Origin: an uncultured Gammaproteobacteria bacterium
GTDB taxonomy: Bacteria > Patescibacteriota > Microgenomatia > Levybacterales > UBA12049
Direction: 5' to 3'
DNA length: 39,470 nucleotides
NCBI GenBank assembly: GCA_964460145.1
Contig: CAYWPH010000002.1
Span: 1 to 39,470 of the forward strand
This document shows, one piece after another, positions 10,893 through 21,070 of this stretch. The notes under the pieces were generated by a model. That model was not told the DNA's origin. It worked only from the letters and a program-made list of their open reading frames with translations, and searched no databases. The position numbers and the translations under genes were made by a program. Numbering within the stretch: the first letter of the stretch is position 1; each line of letters starts with the position of its first letter.

Positions 10893-11606
10893 ATGAGAAG
10901 AAGATCAAGATTAAACGCAACAATTCAAAAGAAAACAAGAAAAACAATGTTTTTTAGTATTCTTGGCATAATAATTGTGCTATTTTTACTTTTTAAATTT
11001 GGTGTATCAGCGCTTATTAACTTTAGTCTTTTTTTATCAGGACGCGGTGGGGAATCAAATTTAGCAAGTAATCAAAGCTCAATAAACTTTATTCCCTCCC
11101 CTGTTTTAAATCCAATAGTATCAGCTACAAATAGCGCTCAAATAATTATTACAGGAATCTCCCAAAAGGATAGGAAAATTGAATTATTTTTAAATAGCAA
11201 AAAAGTTGATGAAGTAGATACAACTGATAATGGTGAATTTAGATTTGAACCAACGCTTAAAAAGGGAACTAATGCTATTTCCGTAAGAGCAGTATATAAA
11301 GATAAGAAAAGCGATGCTTCTGAAAAATACAGTGTGGAATATAAAGATACTCCTCCAAAACTTGAAATCTCTTCCCCATCAGATGGAGCATCATTTAAAA
11401 AAGAGGATAAATCAGTAGAAGTTAAGGGACAGACTGACGCAAATGTAACAGTAACAGTAAATGGTTTTTTTGCTGTAACCAGTGAAAATAATAGCTTTTC
11501 ATATGTTCTTCAACTTCGCGATGGAGACAATGAAGTAAAAATTGTTGCAGTTGATAACGCGGGAAACCAAACAGAAAAGACCTTGAAGGTTAACTATTCT
11601 CCGTAA
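10893..11606 (+). CDS. Membrane-anchored surface protein with two Ig-like beta-sandwich domains
   Basis: Basic N-terminus, one TM helix, then two repeats of the LKKGTNAISVRA / LRDGDNEVKIVAVDNAGN type joined by DTPPKLEISSPSDG. Confidence 0.75.
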   Translation: MRRRSRLNATIQKKTRKTMFFSILGIIIVLFLLFKFGVSALINFSLFLSGRGGESNLASNQSSINFIPSPVLNPIVSATNSAQIIITGISQKDRKIELFLNSKKVDEVDTTDNGEFRFEPTLKKGTNAISVRAVYKDKKSDASEKYSVEYKDTPPKLEISSPSDGASFKKEDKSVEVKGQTDANVTVTVNGFFAVTSENNSFSYVLQLRDGDNEVKIVAVDNAGNQTEKTLKVNYSP

Positions 11607-12783
11607 GGCCGGCTAAAATCCAAACCCACTGCAGTATAAATACATAAAAAAAACTGTTTATAAACAAGCTGTTTACCAAAAGTCCACAAAGAACAGAAAT
11701 AAGTACTATAGATATTGGGTTTTTTTGCTTTAATTTTGCAAGTAAGAATATTTTGTAAATAAGATAAATATACAGAGCAAAACCAACTATTCCGACTGTT
11801 GCAAGTACAAACAGAAAACTATTGTCCGTTCCAGCGCCAGAATGCGTAGTTTCCCATTTAGAATCATTTAAATTTGCGTATTTGTTTTGAGCGTATCTAT
11901 ATGCGTTAAATCCAACTCCAAATATGGGATTTTCTCCTATAATTTTAAGAGCAACTTGAGCTGACTCTATCCTTTGCTGTGAAGAGAAAACTCTAAATAA
12001 GTTAGTTCCTTCTGTTTGAAAAGCTTTTGGAGAAAGAAAAATAAAAGCTACAAAAGGAATTAAAACTAAAATTAAAAGCTTTACTTTTTTTATTAAAATT
12101 AAAAATACACTAAGGCTTACTAAAAGCATGATAAGCGCACTTCTTGAATATGTTAAGTAAATTGAAATAAAGTTAATAATCGATAAAACCAGCGTAAAGA
12201 TAAATATATTTCTTTGTCTTTTAATATACGACTGCCAGGAAATAAAAAGTAGATAAATTAGAGAGATTACTAAAAATGCCCCTGCAAAATTTGGATCTAG
12301 AAAACTTGAAAACAGTCTGTATAAATGCTCGTCCCAGCCTAAATAAAAAAGATTTCTTAAACTTGGATAAAAGAAAAATTGAATTAGACCCACAATTAAA
12401 ACCGTACCTATTGGAACTATGAGAAGATACTTAAACTTTTTAATAAATTCCCTGTCTCTTGTCACTAATATAAAATATATTGATGAGTATAAAATCCATC
12501 TTACTAAATATAGAAATGAGACAAAAAATTCATTTAGAGTCAAATTAACGAAATTGATTGCTAACGAAAATAAGCCTATTATAGAAAACAAAAGTATTGG
12601 TCTAAGTAATTTGAAATTAGTTTTTTTGATTTTTTTAAGATCTAAAACTACCCAAAGTGATACTGTAATAAAAAAGACAATATCGTTGACACTAACAGAA
12701 ATAGAACCTGTTTGAATTTTTCCAATTTCAACTATTGGAAAAATAATTAAAAGAAAAACTAATAAATAGTTTAATATTCCCAT
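11590..12783 (-). CDS. O-antigen ligase / O-oligosaccharyltransferase-like membrane protein (Wzy_C-like)
   Basis: Multi-TM protein with RLFSSFLDPNFAG, LTYSRSA, PIFGVGFNAY and DNSFLFVLATVGIVG motifs. Confidence 0.85.
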   Translation of the reverse strand: MGILNYLLVFLLIIFPIVEIGKIQTGSISVSVNDIVFFITVSLWVVLDLKKIKKTNFKLLRPILLFSIIGLFSLAINFVNLTLNEFFVSFLYLVRWILYSSIYFILVTRDREFIKKFKYLLIVPIGTVLIVGLIQFFFYPSLRNLFYLGWDEHLYRLFSSFLDPNFAGAFLVISLIYLLFISWQSYIKRQRNIFIFTLVLSIINFISIYLTYSRSALIMLLVSLSVFLILIKKVKLLILVLIPFVAFIFLSPKAFQTEGTNLFRVFSSQQRIESAQVALKIIGENPIFGVGFNAYRYAQNKYANLNDSKWETTHSGAGTDNSFLFVLATVGIVGFALYIYLIYKIFLLAKLKQKNPISIVLISVLCGLLVNSLFINSFFYVFILQWVWILAGLTENS

Positions 12784-14372
12784 AACTTCCTATCTAAGGT
12801 GTATAGCTTTACATTTGTTGTTTTATTATAGTAAATAAGTTTCCAATTAGAAAACTTTTTTGGTAAGTTGGAGTTTTGAGTCGCAATATAGTTAAATTTA
12901 TCTCCTTTTTTAACCCATGATGAGTCAATAAAGGGAAAGTCTACATAATATAGATTATGGAACCCGTATAAAAGTACTTTGTCAGTTACCTTAATATTAT
13001 TTTTAAAGTAGTTATCAGTATCATAGAAATCCCCATAATTAAAATTTAAGTTTTCTTTTAGAAAATCTGATTGAGGTTTATTATTTAAAATAACTGGAAT
13101 GTATTTTGCATTAGCTAATCCTCTATATCCTATTGAAATAAAGGAGACAAGAATTACTAAAACTATTAAATAATTTTTTAAATTTACTTGTTTTGTTTTC
13201 GAGATTGCATATGCACAAAGAATAGAAAGTATTGGAAGATATGGAAGCAAGAATCTTGTCCCCCTAAAGTATTGGGTAAAATACCAAGTAAAAAAAGATA
13301 TTACGGAATATATAAAAAGGTATTTTATCTTTATGTTCATGTTTTTATAAAAAATTATAATTAAAGGAAGAAAAATAAGGTAAAGAGGAGAAATCGGATC
13401 ATTTGTGTATATAAATACAGTGAGAAAATCTTTTGGGAATAAAAATAAGTTTGGAACATTAATAAAATTTCCTGAGTCAACCGGAATGCTAAAATAAGGA
13501 TAGAAAGGATTTCCCGTATTTAAATATGAAAAAATAAACCAGGGAAGCGGAATAACTATGCAAATTAGTGTAAAAATCGAAATATTACTAAATAATGTTT
13601 TTAAATTTTCTTTATCATTTATGAATTTATATATAAAAAGTATTATAAAAATTCCTATACTGCCAAGCGAAGCAAGCTTTGTTGTAACAGCTAAACCCAA
13701 GACTAAGCTACTTAAAAATAAATATTTTCTCTCTTTTTTCTCAATAAACAGAATAAAAGCAAAAATTGTTAAAACCTCAAAAAAAGTTCTTGCCAAATCT
13801 ACATAGGAGCTAATAGATAACCATCCAACTACTAAATTGGAATAAAAAATAAGTGCTGCGATAAGAGACAAATCAACCGATATAAATTTTCTAGATAGTT
13901 TATAGATAGTTATCAAAGTAAGTATTCCAAAAATAAAATGAATAAATTTTGCCAAAATCTCATTTCCAAAAGACAATGCTCCAATATAAGTCATTTCCAA
14001 AAGCTTTGGCATATCTGAGTAGTAAAGCAATATTCCTGGAATATGAAAAATATTCTGGTTTTCTAAATAAATTTTAGGAAGAGTCAGATGGTACCAAAGA
14101 GCGTCAAACGAAATTTCCGGACCCAGTACTCCTATTAAATTTATAAATATCTGGGTGGAAAGCAACAATAATATAAATTTTGATAAATTACTTAGGCTTT
14201 TGGTATTAAAATATATTTTATTAAACGGATTTATTCTTACAAAATAGAAAATGGCAAAAATAAAATAAATTAAGGTTATTAAGATTACATTAGTTTTACT
14301 TAAAAGATGAGCTAAACCTAAAAAAAATATTAAATATGAATATATTCCAATTAAACCTGCAAGTTTAAACAT
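12771..14372 (-). CDS. GT-C fold integral-membrane glycosyltransferase (PMT/ArnT-like)
   Basis: Many TM helices, an acidic first-loop motif PEISFDALWYHL, YVD, LAVTTK, TGNPFYP and RFLLP. Confidence 0.75.
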   Translation of the reverse strand: MFKLAGLIGIYSYLIFFLGLAHLLSKTNVILITLIYFIFAIFYFVRINPFNKIYFNTKSLSNLSKFILLLLSTQIFINLIGVLGPEISFDALWYHLTLPKIYLENQNIFHIPGILLYYSDMPKLLEMTYIGALSFGNEILAKFIHFIFGILTLITIYKLSRKFISVDLSLIAALIFYSNLVVGWLSISSYVDLARTFFEVLTIFAFILFIEKKERKYLFLSSLVLGLAVTTKLASLGSIGIFIILFIYKFINDKENLKTLFSNISIFTLICIVIPLPWFIFSYLNTGNPFYPYFSIPVDSGNFINVPNLFLFPKDFLTVFIYTNDPISPLYLIFLPLIIIFYKNMNIKIKYLFIYSVISFFTWYFTQYFRGTRFLLPYLPILSILCAYAISKTKQVNLKNYLIVLVILVSFISIGYRGLANAKYIPVILNNKPQSDFLKENLNFNYGDFYDTDNYFKNNIKVTDKVLLYGFHNLYYVDFPFIDSSWVKKGDKFNYIATQNSNLPKKFSNWKLIYYNKTTNVKLYTLDRKLWEY

Positions 14373-14464
14373 ATACCTCCTTTACAAAGTAAAAAAATTA
14401 CAAATGCAGTTAATATTAAAATTGACCAAATTATGAAAATTATGAGGTATGTGTTTTTTGCCAT
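14351..14464 (-). CDS. Small single-pass membrane protein, 37 aa (below the ORF-track cutoff)
   Basis: Manual translation gives MAKNTYLIIFIIWSILILTAFVIFLLCKGGICLNLQV*. It fills the 67-nt gap and overlaps both neighbours on the same strand. Confidence 0.5.
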   Translation of the reverse strand: MAKNTYLIIFIIWSILILTAFVIFLLCKGGICLNLQV

Positions 14465-15207
14465 AAAACCCAAAGCTTACTTCTTACTAGAAACGAATGG
14501 AAACTCATCATAAGGGAAAAAATTAATCCACTCATTCCGTCAAGAAAGCCAAGTTTTAGAAAATAGTTTAATATAAACTTTCCAAAAGGATAGCTTACAA
14601 TATCTAAAGCTGTAACTTTAATCTTTTTTTCATATAGCTCTTGAGCTCTTATTGTTGAATAAAAGTTTACTTCTTTTAAAAACTCATCTATGGATTGGTG
14701 AGGATAATGCAAAAGATAATTATTAAACTCGCCAGTTTTCCCATTAACTTGCCATACTTCGTGAACTTTACCCATCCAGATTCCGGCGCCTCTTTTAGCA
14801 AGACGAAGAAGGCTTATATTTCCAGTTTCACCATGTTTTAACATCTTACCCCAAATAATATCTTTTCTTTTTATAAAATATCCATCCTTTTCTTGTCCTT
14901 TTGAGTTAATGATTATTGTATTTATTTCTTCATGAAGCTCGCTGTCTACTCTTTCATCTGCATCTATGAACAAAACCCATTTTTTTGTAGTTTTAGAGAG
15001 TCCAAAATTTCTTTGATTTGAAAAATCTCCGTTTAAATCGTTTTTGTAGGTTTTAATTTTCTTATTTTCAAGACTTTTTACAATTTCAAGAGTTCTATCG
15101 GACGAATTATCATCCACAATGATTATCTCGTCTGCCCATGCAACAGCTTCGAGACAATCTATTATATTTTTTTCTTCGTTTTTTGTAAGAATAACTACGC
15201 TAAGCAT
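14440..15207 (-). CDS. GT2 glycosyltransferase (WaaE/KdtX-like)
   Basis: LSVVILTKNEE, IVDDNSSDRT, FSNQRNFGL, WVLFIDADE and GKVHE motifs. Confidence 0.9.
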   Translation of the reverse strand: MLSVVILTKNEEKNIIDCLEAVAWADEIIIVDDNSSDRTLEIVKSLENKKIKTYKNDLNGDFSNQRNFGLSKTTKKWVLFIDADERVDSELHEEINTIIINSKGQEKDGYFIKRKDIIWGKMLKHGETGNISLLRLAKRGAGIWMGKVHEVWQVNGKTGEFNNYLLHYPHQSIDEFLKEVNFYSTIRAQELYEKKIKVTALDIVSYPFGKFILNYFLKLGFLDGMSGLIFSLMMSFHSFLVRSKLWVLWQKTHTS

Positions 15208-15211
15208 TTTA

Positions 15212-17440
15212 TTACCTTTTATCTATTGTAATTCCTCTTCTTCCTTCAGACAATATGTATAGTACTTCTCCGCCTCTTTCTTTGGGCTTTTTACCATAAA
15301 ACCACAAAAGATATTCATAATTATTTGTAAAGCTCTCAAACTGACTTCCTTCACCTTTTCCTATTATGGATATTGTTTTATTGCCTGAATCTTTAATGAT
15401 CTTTTTTACAGCTTTTGTCCTGTCATAAAGGTTTGGGCCAAAATTTTTCTTTGATCCTGTAAAATAGTCATTTGAAATTAAATGAAAAACATTCATAAAA
15501 GATATTATTATTACTATTGAGAGAATAGCTAAATAAATTCTCCTTTTTTTTGAAATATGATCTAAAAATATTGAAATCACTAAAACAGTTGGGATAAATA
15601 GTGACATCAAATACGCATCAGAGGCAGTTTTACTAAATAAAATCCCTCCAGTTAAAAATAGTAAAAATAGGAATAATAATAAAATCCCTAAATCTGTTTT
15701 TCTTGATATGGTATTTTTAATTAATTTATTAAATAGTACGAAAATACTGAATATGAATATAATTAAAGAAAGTATTCCGTTTTGCATAAATACAAGTTTT
15801 CTTATAAATTCATAAAAATAATCAAGAATTAGAATATAGGGTTGAAAATTTGCATTTCCACCTTCAAATAACTTTATGACAAAAGAAATACCCTTATATA
15901 AAATCCATCCTCCAAAAACTATTGTCTGAGGAAAGCCATTTTTAATATCATAAAGTAAAATTGGAAACATTGGAATTACAAAAGCAATAAATGAAAGAAC
16001 TAATATTTTTTTATTTAATATGTTTTTAAACCAATATAACTTTTTAGTAAATCCGAAAAGTAATATTAGAAAAAAAAGTATTGTAAGAATTGCTGTCTGA
16101 AGCTCAAAATTATATAAAACAGTAAGGAAGAAAATTGATAGCGGAAAATAGTATTTGTTTCCTTTTATAAAGCCAAAAAGAGAATAAAAAAATAAAAGTA
16201 TAAAAATGGGAATAAGACTAGTATGATAAGCCATTCTAGAGCTTAAGATCACTACCGGAGAAAAACCATAGATAAGTAATGAGAATAAAGCAACTTTTAG
16301 CGAGAAAACTTTTGATACTAATTTATAGATTAAGATTACAATTAATCCATCTACTAAGGCTGTAAAAATGAAAGGCATTACGGGATTAAAATTAAATATT
16401 TTAAATAATATTAAGATAATGTATGTCCACAATGGTCCTTGGTGAAGCCACAAATGACTTGAAGTTATACCAACTAAAGGAATTTGATCTGATAATATTG
16501 CGTTTTTTGCTGATATAAAAAACCACCCCTGATCTCCTATGAATGGCACTAAGCTATCAATTTTGTAAAGTCTGATAAAAAATGCTGATAAAAAAATAAA
16601 TGATAAAAATAATGTAATTTTGTTAATATTTAAAAAAAATTCGATAATTGTTGCTTTTAAAAAGCCAAAATGTTTTTTAAAATAGTAGTATCTGCTTTTT
16701 CTAAATATTTCATCCCTGTTTTTTAAAAGTTTAGTACTTGTTCCCCATTTATGTATTAATTTTGATCTTGGGTCTATGAAAATTTTATATCCCTTTTCTC
16801 TTACTCTTTTACATAAATCGAATTCTTCAAAATATAGAAAAAAATTCTCATCAAAACCTCCAATTCCATCAAACAGTTCTTTTCTTATAATTAATGCTGT
16901 TCCTGGAACATTATCTACCTCTTTAAGATTTTTATCTTTCCAATCTTTTACCCAATAATCTTTTGAAATAGGATTATTAGGTAATAATTTATCTATAAAT
17001 GAAAGTTTTATAAGTGCTCTAAGAGGCGTAAGTTCTCTAGCACCTTGCTCCATAATCATATTGTCAGTCGTATAAAGCAAAGGAGAAATTATGCCAATTT
17101 TTTTATTTTTTTTAAAGTTACTTATTAGGGGAGATATAATATCTGTTATAAACACAACATCAGGGTTTAGGATAAACAAATATTCACCTTTTGCGTATTT
17201 TGCTCCCAAATTCATACCAGCACCATAGCCAAGGTTTTTTGGAGACGAGATGTATTTTAAGTTTTTATAATTTTTGGTAAGTAGTGATTTTTGAAGATTT
17301 TTATTTTCACTGTTATCAACAATTATTACTTCGTATGATTGTTTTATTTTCAAATTATATAAACTATTCAAACAATCAAATAAATCTTTCTCATTTTTAT
17401 AGTGAACAATAATTACAGATAATTCAGTTTTATTATTCAT
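15212..17440 (-). CDS. GT2 (WbbL/rhamnosyltransferase-like) fused to a GT-C membrane glycosyltransferase domain
   Basis: N-terminal IVDNS, NLGYGAGMNLG, LNPD and GGFDENFFLYFEEFDLC. C-terminal multi-TM domain with FIGDQG and HQGPLW. Confidence 0.82.
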   Translation of the reverse strand: MNNKTELSVIIVHYKNEKDLFDCLNSLYNLKIKQSYEVIIVDNSENKNLQKSLLTKNYKNLKYISSPKNLGYGAGMNLGAKYAKGEYLFILNPDVVFITDIISPLISNFKKNKKIGIISPLLYTTDNMIMEQGARELTPLRALIKLSFIDKLLPNNPISKDYWVKDWKDKNLKEVDNVPGTALIIRKELFDGIGGFDENFFLYFEEFDLCKRVREKGYKIFIDPRSKLIHKWGTSTKLLKNRDEIFRKSRYYYFKKHFGFLKATIIEFFLNINKITLFLSFIFLSAFFIRLYKIDSLVPFIGDQGWFFISAKNAILSDQIPLVGITSSHLWLHQGPLWTYIILILFKIFNFNPVMPFIFTALVDGLIVILIYKLVSKVFSLKVALFSLLIYGFSPVVILSSRMAYHTSLIPIFILLFFYSLFGFIKGNKYYFPLSIFFLTVLYNFELQTAILTILFFLILLFGFTKKLYWFKNILNKKILVLSFIAFVIPMFPILLYDIKNGFPQTIVFGGWILYKGISFVIKLFEGGNANFQPYILILDYFYEFIRKLVFMQNGILSLIIFIFSIFVLFNKLIKNTISRKTDLGILLLFLFLLFLTGGILFSKTASDAYLMSLFIPTVLVISIFLDHISKKRRIYLAILSIVIIISFMNVFHLISNDYFTGSKKNFGPNLYDRTKAVKKIIKDSGNKTISIIGKGEGSQFESFTNNYEYLLWFYGKKPKERGGEVLYILSEGRRGITIDKR

Positions 17441-17444
17441 TTCA

Positions 17445-18575
17445 TTAACTATCTTTTTTAATAATAAGCTCCTTTAAAATCTTTTCAAGATTTTTTATTT
17501 GTATCTCCCATGTCCATTGATCCTCAACCCATTTTCTAGCATTTTTACCCATTTCTTCGACTTTATCTGGATGCTCAAGCAGATATATAATTCTATCAGC
17601 TATTTCTTGAGGATCAAAATCAGTTAAAAATCCAGTAACATTATTTTTTATTGTTTCTCTATATCCTGCCACATTTAAAGCAATAACAGGAGTACCGCAT
17701 GCCATTGACTCTAGTGGGACTAATCCAAAAGTATCAAACTTACTTAATGATAAGGTAACTATTGACTGATTATATAAATTCACAAGTTCTTCATCGGACA
17801 ATCTTTCTGAATTATTTTTTTTCCAAGATACAATTTTAAAATCCGGCCTTATATTTTTAGGTATAAGATTCATAGCTTTTTGGGCAAGATCATATCCGTA
17901 TATAGATTGCTTTTCTGCAACAAAAAACACTTGATATTTTTTTTTAATTTTTTTAGGCCGAAATATTGCAGCATCTACTCCTAAATAGGAAATTTTTGGA
18001 TACAAATCATATGCTGCAATTATTCGTTCTCTTCCAAATAATGAGAGCGCAATAATGTAATTTGCTGATAATGCATTTTTTCTGTCAATACTCTTCCTAA
18101 TCCATCTATTAATATCTTCATAAAAAGCTTTCAATAGTCCTACATTCTCTTTTAGCCTAAGGGAATATTCATACGCATTTCTTAATGGTTCTAAACAAAA
18201 ATAAACATTTTTTGTTTTAAGATATCTAAGTAAAAAGGGTGCTTGCGTAGCAATATCAGTGTGTACCAAAACTATGTCATATTTTTTTTTATCAATTTCA
18301 TATGCTATTTTTTTATGTGTGTTTCTTAAATTATAAAAAGTATCAAAAAAATCTTTCTTAAATCTATTAAGTATGGGAACGTTAATATTTTTTGTGTTAG
18401 TTGGTAAATAACAATATTTATTATTCGCTTCTATTCCTGGATCAAAAACGTCAATTGCTTGATCTGTTGTATATAGATCAACAAAATGCCCTAAAGAACG
18501 TAAACCCTTAACATGCTCTTTTACTACTCTTTTTGCACCACTAAAGGCGATATCATAAAAAATCGCAATTTTCAT
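17445..18575 (-). CDS. GT4 (GT-B fold) glycosyltransferase
   Basis: SGAKRV near the N-terminus, DTFGLVPLESMACGTPVI and MGKNARKWV-QWTW. Confidence 0.9.
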   Translation of the reverse strand: MKIAIFYDIAFSGAKRVVKEHVKGLRSLGHFVDLYTTDQAIDVFDPGIEANNKYCYLPTNTKNINVPILNRFKKDFFDTFYNLRNTHKKIAYEIDKKKYDIVLVHTDIATQAPFLLRYLKTKNVYFCLEPLRNAYEYSLRLKENVGLLKAFYEDINRWIRKSIDRKNALSANYIIALSLFGRERIIAAYDLYPKISYLGVDAAIFRPKKIKKKYQVFFVAEKQSIYGYDLAQKAMNLIPKNIRPDFKIVSWKKNNSERLSDEELVNLYNQSIVTLSLSKFDTFGLVPLESMACGTPVIALNVAGYRETIKNNVTGFLTDFDPQEIADRIIYLLEHPDKVEEMGKNARKWVEDQWTWEIQIKNLEKILKELIIKKDS

Positions 18576-19798
18576 TAATTACTCCTTAATATTTTTATAA
18601 TAAAATAAATTATTACTGGTAATTCTGCCAATACTGAAATAAGAGCTGAATAGCCTGCACCAATCATCCCATACATTGAAACAAGTGGATAGATAGTGAT
18701 TACTAAAGTCAAAAATCTTATAAAAGTCATTGCTGTAACATAATTTTGTTTTCCTCTTGATAAAAAAAGAGCTGATGAAGGACCAGCAATTGTTCTAAGA
18801 ATACCGTATATTGCAAGAATTTTTAAAACAGGGACTATAGGCAACCATTGAGAACCTAATAGGATTCTAACAATCTCTGTTGGGAACGAATATATTATTC
18901 CACCAATTACCATCGCACCCATAGAAATTAAGATCATTGTTTTTAGGTATGCTTTTATCAGTCTTTTTATGTCTCCCTCAATTTTTGTATATACTGGAAA
19001 AACAACTTGACTAATTACATCTGAAACTTCTGAGATTGGAAGAATTGAAATCTTATATGCCATTTGATATATGCCAAGCGCTGAAGATCCCAAAACTCTT
19101 CCAACAATTATATTATCCCCATTCCCACTAAAATAATTTAGAATTCCATATGCTGTAATCCACTTTCCTTTATGAAGAATTTCCTTTAAATAATTAGATT
19201 TAAATTTTAGTTTAGGCATTGGCTTTATTAGAATAAAAGAAACAATAACTTCAACTATCGCCCCGGCAAGCAAACCAAAAACTAAGCTATATACGGAATG
19301 AGTAACAAGGGCAAAAAATATTGCTACAACAGAATCTACGAGGAATATAAAAGATCTAAACCAAAACTCGTAAGAAAAATTAAGTTCTTTGCGAAATTTA
19401 ACCTCAGCCGGATTAATAAATCCTCTTATCAAAGGAACTAAGCTAATCAAAAGTAAAATGCCGAGTGCATCTGGAGTTTTGAAAAAAGAAGCAACAAATG
19501 GAGCGGTGACAATAATACCAAGAAAAATTATTATTCCTCTAATTATTGAGACAACCCATGCTGAATCAATGTATTCTTTGATATCTTTTTTTGCCTGAAT
19601 AAGTATGATGTTTACTCCAGTCTCTGTAAGAATTTCTAAGAAAGCTAAGGCCAATGAGGCAATTCCAAAAACACCAAACTGTGAAGGAGTTAAAACTCTT
19701 GCTAAGACTGCAATTTTAAAAAACGACAAAGCTCTTGTTACAACTCTAAAAATAGACATCCAAGAGATGCCTTTTATAGCAATTTTCGTATAACCCAT
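18575..19798 (-). CDS. Wzx/PST-family oligosaccharide flippase
   Basis: LARVLTPSQFG, DNIIVGRVLG-LGIYQMAY and LLGSQW motifs, about 12 TM helices. Start moved to MGYTKIAIKG (19798) because a TGn-TATAAT box lies 13 nt upstream of it. Confidence 0.88.
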   Translation of the reverse strand: MGYTKIAIKGISWMSIFRVVTRALSFFKIAVLARVLTPSQFGVFGIASLALAFLEILTETGVNIILIQAKKDIKEYIDSAWVVSIIRGIIIFLGIIVTAPFVASFFKTPDALGILLLISLVPLIRGFINPAEVKFRKELNFSYEFWFRSFIFLVDSVVAIFFALVTHSVYSLVFGLLAGAIVEVIVSFILIKPMPKLKFKSNYLKEILHKGKWITAYGILNYFSGNGDNIIVGRVLGSSALGIYQMAYKISILPISEVSDVISQVVFPVYTKIEGDIKRLIKAYLKTMILISMGAMVIGGIIYSFPTEIVRILLGSQWLPIVPVLKILAIYGILRTIAGPSSALFLSRGKQNYVTAMTFIRFLTLVITIYPLVSMYGMIGAGYSALISVLAELPVIIYFIIKILRSN

Positions 19799-19811
19799 AT
19801 TTACTATTGAA

Positions 19812-19836
19812 ATTATATCAATTTTGTAGTTATAAT
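19812..19836. promoter_or_regulatory. Back-to-back -10 elements for the flippase operon (-) and the methyltransferase (+)
   Basis: TGATATAAT on the minus strand (19812-19820) and TATAAT on the plus strand (19831-19836). Confidence 0.55.
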
Positions 19837-19855
19837 ACATTAACTGCTCCCGTAA

Positions 19856-21070
19856 ATGAAAATAAGAGGATGTAGAGTTTGTGGCTCAAAAAATTTATTA
19901 AAAATATTATCTTTAGGAAATCAGTACCTGTCTGATTTTGTAAAAAATAATAAAAAACCCAAAGCATTCCCGCTTAATATTTTTATTTGTAAAAGATGCC
20001 TTTTAGTTCAACTTGATTATAATGCCCCTCAAAAATATTTATACACAGAAAGATACGGATATAAATCTGGTATAAATCAGACCATGAAAGACGAATTAAA
20101 AGGAATTGTTGATCAGTCTTTAAAAAAGATCAAAAAAACAAATAAAAAGATTGTAGCTGTGGATATTGGAGCAAATGATGGAACAATGCTAAGCTTTTAC
20201 CCCAAATCTGTTCATAGAATATCTGTAGAACCAGTAAAAAAACTTGCAACAGAAAGTAAAAAATATGCTGATGAAGTAGTTAATAATTTCTTTACCTACG
20301 AATCCTATTCAAAACATACAAAAAATTTCAAAGCTGACGTCATAAGTGCAATTTCTTGTTTTTATGATATGGAAGAACCAAATAAATTCGTTGAAGACGT
20401 CAAAAAAATAATGAATAATGACGGAATTTTTGTAATTCAGCAAAACTACTTGGTTGAAATGTTAAGGAAAAATGCGTTTGATAATATAGTTCACGAGCAT
20501 TTGGAATATTATTCACTTTTGTCTTTAAACAATCTTTTAGCAAGACATGATCTTGAAGTATTTGATGTTGAACTAAGAGATTTAAATGGTGGAAGCTTTA
20601 GAACATATATTGCTCAAAAGGGAAAAAGAAAAATCAGTAAAAACGTATTAAAAATGCAAGCACTAGAGAAAAGATTAAAATTAACCAATAAAAAAGTATA
20701 TAAAGACTTTGCAAGAAGAATAAAAGAAAATAAAGAAAAAATTGTAAGCTTTATTAAGCAAGAGACTAAAAAAGGAAAGAAAATATATTTATATGGAGCG
20801 TCAACAAGAGGCAATACTCTACTTCAGTATTTTGGATTAACTCCAAAATACATTCCATATGCCGTTGAGAGAAATCCAGAAAAGTGGGGAAAGATAATAG
20901 CATCTGTTGGAATCCCAATTATTTCAGAAGAAAAAGCAAGAAAAGATAAGCCTGATTATATGTTAGTTTTACCTTGGTTTTTTAAATCCGAATTTTTAAA
21001 ACGCGAGAAAGATTATTTAAAGGGCGGAGGACATTTTATTTTTCCCCTTCCTAAATTTGATGTAGTTTAA
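19856..21070 (+). CDS. NDP-sugar C-methyltransferase (TcaB9-like, Zn-binding, SAM-dependent)
   Basis: CRVC...CKRC zinc site, YGYKSG, DIGANDG SAM motif, FDNIVHEHLEYY, GGS, YGASTRGNT and PDYMLVLPW. Confidence 0.88.
   Translation: MKIRGCRVCGSKNLLKILSLGNQYLSDFVKNNKKPKAFPLNIFICKRCLLVQLDYNAPQKYLYTERYGYKSGINQTMKDELKGIVDQSLKKIKKTNKKIVAVDIGANDGTMLSFYPKSVHRISVEPVKKLATESKKYADEVVNNFFTYESYSKHTKNFKADVISAISCFYDMEEPNKFVEDVKKIMNNDGIFVIQQNYLVEMLRKNAFDNIVHEHLEYYSLLSLNNLLARHDLEVFDVELRDLNGGSFRTYIAQKGKRKISKNVLKMQALEKRLKLTNKKVYKDFARRIKENKEKIVSFIKQETKKGKKIYLYGASTRGNTLLQYFGLTPKYIPYAVERNPEKWGKIIASVGIPIISEEKARKDKPDYMLVLPWFFKSEFLKREKDYLKGGGHFIFPLPKFDVV

Noticed and set aside
19799-19840. Longer flippase start (MYYNYK...)
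   Set aside because: The extension runs through the divergent -10 boxes. MGYTKIAIKG looks like the natural N-terminus.
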